Below are positions 60,601-64,000 of a DNA stretch of 64,000 nt, piece by piece (within the stretch, counting starts at the first letter, position 1; every line of letters starts with the position of its first letter). Where the stretch lies: contig OY253672.1 of NCBI GenBank assembly GCA_958009085.1, positions 558,001-622,000 on the forward strand, given 5' to 3'. This DNA comes from Protoeuglena noctilucae (Eukaryota). The notes below the pieces were generated by a model. The model made no database searches, was not told where the DNA came from, and was given only the letters and a program-made list of their open reading frames with translations. The translations under genes were made by a program, and so were the position numbers.

Positions 60601-63600
60601 CGGGCATGCAGATCCACGGCGTGAGTCACACCAAGGACAGGGTGCTCGTGTGGAGCGGGGCAGAGGCACAGCTGTACCTGCTCACCTCATCGGGGCCGGA
60701 GCTGGCGGTGAGGGGCCATGCTGTGATGTGTGTGTGAGGGGCGATGGCGATGCTGTGTGTGACGGGCGCTGCTGGGCGTGAGGGGCCATGCTGCGATGCT
60801 GGGCGTGAGATGCGATGCAGTGTTTGAGATGTGATGCTAGGCGTGAGAGGCTGTGATGTGCGTGAGGGTCGATGATGGGATGCTGGGCGTGAGGGGAAAT
60901 GGCGATGCTGTGTGTGAGGGGCAATGCTGGGCGCGACAGGTGATGGTGTGTGTGAGACGGTGGCATGTCCTGTCTGTTGTTACAGACGAGTTGGTTTGAG
61001 TTAGGTACTCTTCAGCTAGCGTGAGACGAGTCAACTCAGGTTGACAACGCCACCCCTTTACTACACCCTTCACCCCACTCTCCCTCATCCCACTCACCCC
61101 ACTCCCCCCCCCTCCCCCCCCCCCAGGCCTCCTTCCCCCGCGCCGCGACCTCCATGGCCCTGGGCCCGTCTGCCATCTTCGAATGCTCCCCCTTGGGCGT
61201 CAACCTCCTCGACAACTCGGGACAGTCTCGCATGACCCTCCCCTTTGACCGCGTCCACGGTCCCCCCGTGTGCCTGGATCTAAAGGCAGACCTGTTAGCT
61301 ATCGTCACACGCGAGGGGTTCGTCGATTTGTACCGAGTGGGGCTGCAGGGCGAGCCGCCTGTGTCGTACGGTCCGCCCCGGCGCCTGGCGCTGCCCGGGG
61401 GCCAGCACGTGGGACTAGTCACCTCTGTCCGCATCAATGCGAACGGCACCATGCTCAGTTTGATCCCCAACGAGAGGCCTGGGCCTGAGGGGTCGGGGCG
61501 TGTGTACGTCTATGATCTGGAGGCCGATGCGTTGGGTGTGCATGAGATGCCTGGCCGGGTGGCCGTGTCGCATGCGTGGGATCTGGTCGATCCGCGGCTG
61601 CTGGGCGTCGAGACGGAGAGGCTGGGGGGGGGAGACAAGGACGAGGAGAGAGGGGTGAGGGGTTGTGAAGGGTGTGTTGGATGTGGGTGGGGCGGGGTGG
61701 ATGGGGTGCTGGGTGTGGGTGGGGTGGGGTGTTGGTGTTGAGTGGTGTATCCGGGTGCTACGTATGTTGGTTGCTGCATGCATGGATGCTGCATGCACAA
61801 ACTCCCGTCCCACCTCACCCCCCTACCCTCCACCCCTCACCACCCCCCCACCCCCAGGTGACCCTGCTCTTCGCCAGCAAAGGCGACGTCCATCACTTCG
61901 ACTCCTCCTCTCTAGGACCCCACACCGCGCTGCTGGGACTGAGGGCACCCGATCTGCACGTCTTCCGCCGACCCAAGGCCGAGCGAGGCCGGCGCACGGG
62001 CCGGGAGTCCCGGGCCGACGCGAACGGCGCGCCGCAGATATCCAACGATTTCGACGACGGATTCGAACGCGCGACCTCCGGGGCGGGCGGGGGAGGGTCT
62101 CGGCCGGCGACCGGGCGCGGGGTGTCGCAGGCGGCATCGCTGCAGCGGTCGCAGTCGCGGGCACTGAGGGGGATCAGCCAGAGGGGTGAGTGTTGGTGTG
62201 TGTGTGTGGGTGTGGGTGTGATGGTGTGATTGGGTCAGCCAGAGGGGTGAGTGGGATGTGGGTCGGTGGTGGTGTGCGGGGTAAGAGGAAGAGGGGTGAG
62301 TGGGGGTGTGACAGTGGTGGTGTGGCTGGGGCAGGCAGAGGGATATGACGAGACTGGAACCTCACCCCCATCACCTCTCCCTCTCTCCCTCTCTCGCTCA
62401 CCCCCTCCCCCTCCCCTCATCCCACTCCCCTCTCACCTCACCCCAACTCTCTCCTCCGCCACCCCCAGACATGGGCGTCCGCCTTCACACTCACCCCTAT
62501 CATCCCTCACCCCACTCCTCACCTCTCACCCCACTATCCTCTCTCACCTCACTCCCCCTCTCCTCTGCACCACCCCCAGACATGGGCGTTCGCCTGCACG
62601 ACGGCCTGGTCCAGCCCCGCATCACCAAGGCCCGCATGTCTCCCTTCCAGGGACTGGAGGACGACTCCCCCGCCATGGTGGCAGCCCTGGTCGGGTTCAG
62701 CTACCACACCGGTGAGGGGGTGGCAGGGGCAGGGGCACAGGTCAGCTGAGCAGTGTGGTTATGAGGGCATGGTGGGTGAGTAAGTGGGGTTCAGCTACCA
62801 CACCGGTGAGGGGGTAGCAGGGGCACAGCCCTCACCAAACCGCCTGCCTTTCAGTGGAACGACACGCACCCACCCTTCACCCGTCCCCACATCATACCCC
62901 ATGCCCTCTCTCCCCCCCTCTCCCCCTCTCTCCCCCACCTGCTCGCCACCCTATGTATGAAAACACACCCACCCTTCCCACGTCTCCACATCACCTCATC
63001 AACCTGCTCCCCCCCCTGCAACACGACACGCACCCACCCACCCTTCCCACATCCCCACACCATACCCCTCCCCCCCCTCCCCTCCAGCTGCCTGCCACCC
63101 TACGTATGACCACACACGCACGCACGCACCCCTCCTGCTCCCCCCCTTCATTCCCCCATCACAACCCCCCCTCACCCCTCCCTCCCCCCAGCCGCGGGCA
63201 ACCGTGAGGAGGCCTACAAGGTCGCCAAGAGCATTGCGGACCCTCGGGTGTGGGAGAGCCTGGCGTTGATGTGCATTAAGACGCGGAGACTGGACGTGGC
63301 GGAGCACTGCCTGAGCAACATGGGGCACGTGCAGGGGGCGAGGGCACTGAGGGAGGCCAAGGTGGGGGTTCGTGAATGCTGCTGGGCACACGCTCTGTGC
63401 CAGCCCCACCCACCCTCTCCACCAATCCCACCCTCTCCAACTTTTCACCCTGCCAGCCCCACCCTCTCCACCCTCACCAACCACACCCTCTCCACCCCAC
63501 CCTCTCTCCACCCCACCCCACCCTTCTCACACACCCACCCCACCCTCTCCACCCTTTCTACCAACCCCACCCCACCCTCTCTTTACCCCAACCCTCCCCT

Positions 63601-64000
63601 CCAACCCCACACCCATCCCACCCTCGCCACCCACCCCATCCCCTCCACTCCATCCCACCCCACCCCACCCTCTCCACCCCTCCCCTCCCCTCTCCCACAC
63701 CCCCACCCCACACCCCCCAACCCCCCCTTCAGAACGAGGACGACGTCAACGTCCGCGTGGCTCTGGTGGCGGTGCATTTGGGCTTAATCGAGGACGCAGA
63801 GGCCTTACTGACTCAGGCGGGGGAGTGGTCCAAGCTGATTGAGCTGTATGCGGCTGCGGGGGAGTGGGGCAAGGCGATTGCAGTGGCGGAGGGCAAAGAG
63901 CGCATGCGGCTCAAGAGCACGCACTTTGCGCACGCCAGGCATCTGGAGGCGCTGGGGCAGATCGATGCCGCCATGGGGTGAGGGATGGGTGGGTCTGTGG
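57658..64000 (+). CDS. IFT140: Intraflagellar transport protein 140 (WD40 + TPR), 5' part; continues beyond the window
   Basis: WD40 repeats ([42 protein letters not shown]), [47 protein letters not shown] and [13 protein letters not shown]. Confidence 0.93.
59691..60060 (+). repeat. Intronic G-rich repeat built from copies of the exon-end/donor GTGGCAGCTGCAG|GTG
   Basis: Real junction at 59709/59710. Copies at ~59830-59857, 59912-59936 and 59963-59986, with degenerate copies at ~59898 and 60013-60055. Confidence 0.9.
60705..60965 (+). repeat. Intronic minisatellite of roughly ten degenerate GTGAG(G/A)GG...ATGCTG units starting at the donor site
   Basis: Read directly. The first unit is the real donor at 60708. 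Confidence 0.85.
62855..63732 (+). repeat. C/A-rich intronic minisatellites (ACGCACCCACCCTTC-type in intron 62712-63191; CACCCTCTCCACC-type in intron 63362-63732)
   Basis: Multiple imperfect copies seen directly, e.g. at 62858 and 63021, and at 63411, 63460, 63484, 63541 and 63666. Confidence 0.85.

Noticed and set aside
59759..63777. Gly/Trp/Val-rich and His/Pro/Thr-rich ORFs in the IFT140 region
   Set aside because: They are translations of simple-repeat intron arms, not proteins.
1..64000. Introner-type mobile introns
   Set aside because: I found no pair of different introns sharing extended similarity, and no terminal inverted repeats. The repeats are local to each intron. An all-versus-all intron alignment would be needed to exclude this fully.

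Overview
This is gene-dense, GC-rich eukaryotic nuclear DNA with many spliceosomal introns and the standard genetic code. It is most likely from a flagellated green alga (Chlorophyta), inferred from a CIA5/CCM1 homolog, plastid proteins (Whirly, TIC21, PHT4) and IFT140. I can reconstruct about 21 intron-containing genes by hand: nicastrin (partial), a Kelch protein, CFIm25/NUDT21, COG1, an Sfi1-like/Kelch/coiled-coil protein, Whirly, a coiled-coil protein, CIA5/CCM1, a plastid hypothetical, PHT4/ANTR, CKS1, two small hypotheticals, TAF2, SWI3, TMEM184/LAZ1, TIC21, YAK1, a MORN-TM protein, P5CDH/ALDH12 and IFT140 (partial). There is one 200-N assembly gap. No RNA genes, CRISPR arrays or transposases were recognised. 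The most unusual signals are in the introns. (1) In the last ~10 kb, introns carry diverged copies ('echoes') of their own exon-intron junctions. (2) Those introns have a G/T-rich 5' arm and a C/A-rich 3' arm that could base-pair. (3) About one intron in ten uses a GC donor. Family calls come from my recall of conserved motifs, not from database searches, and exon boundaries are manual inferences.
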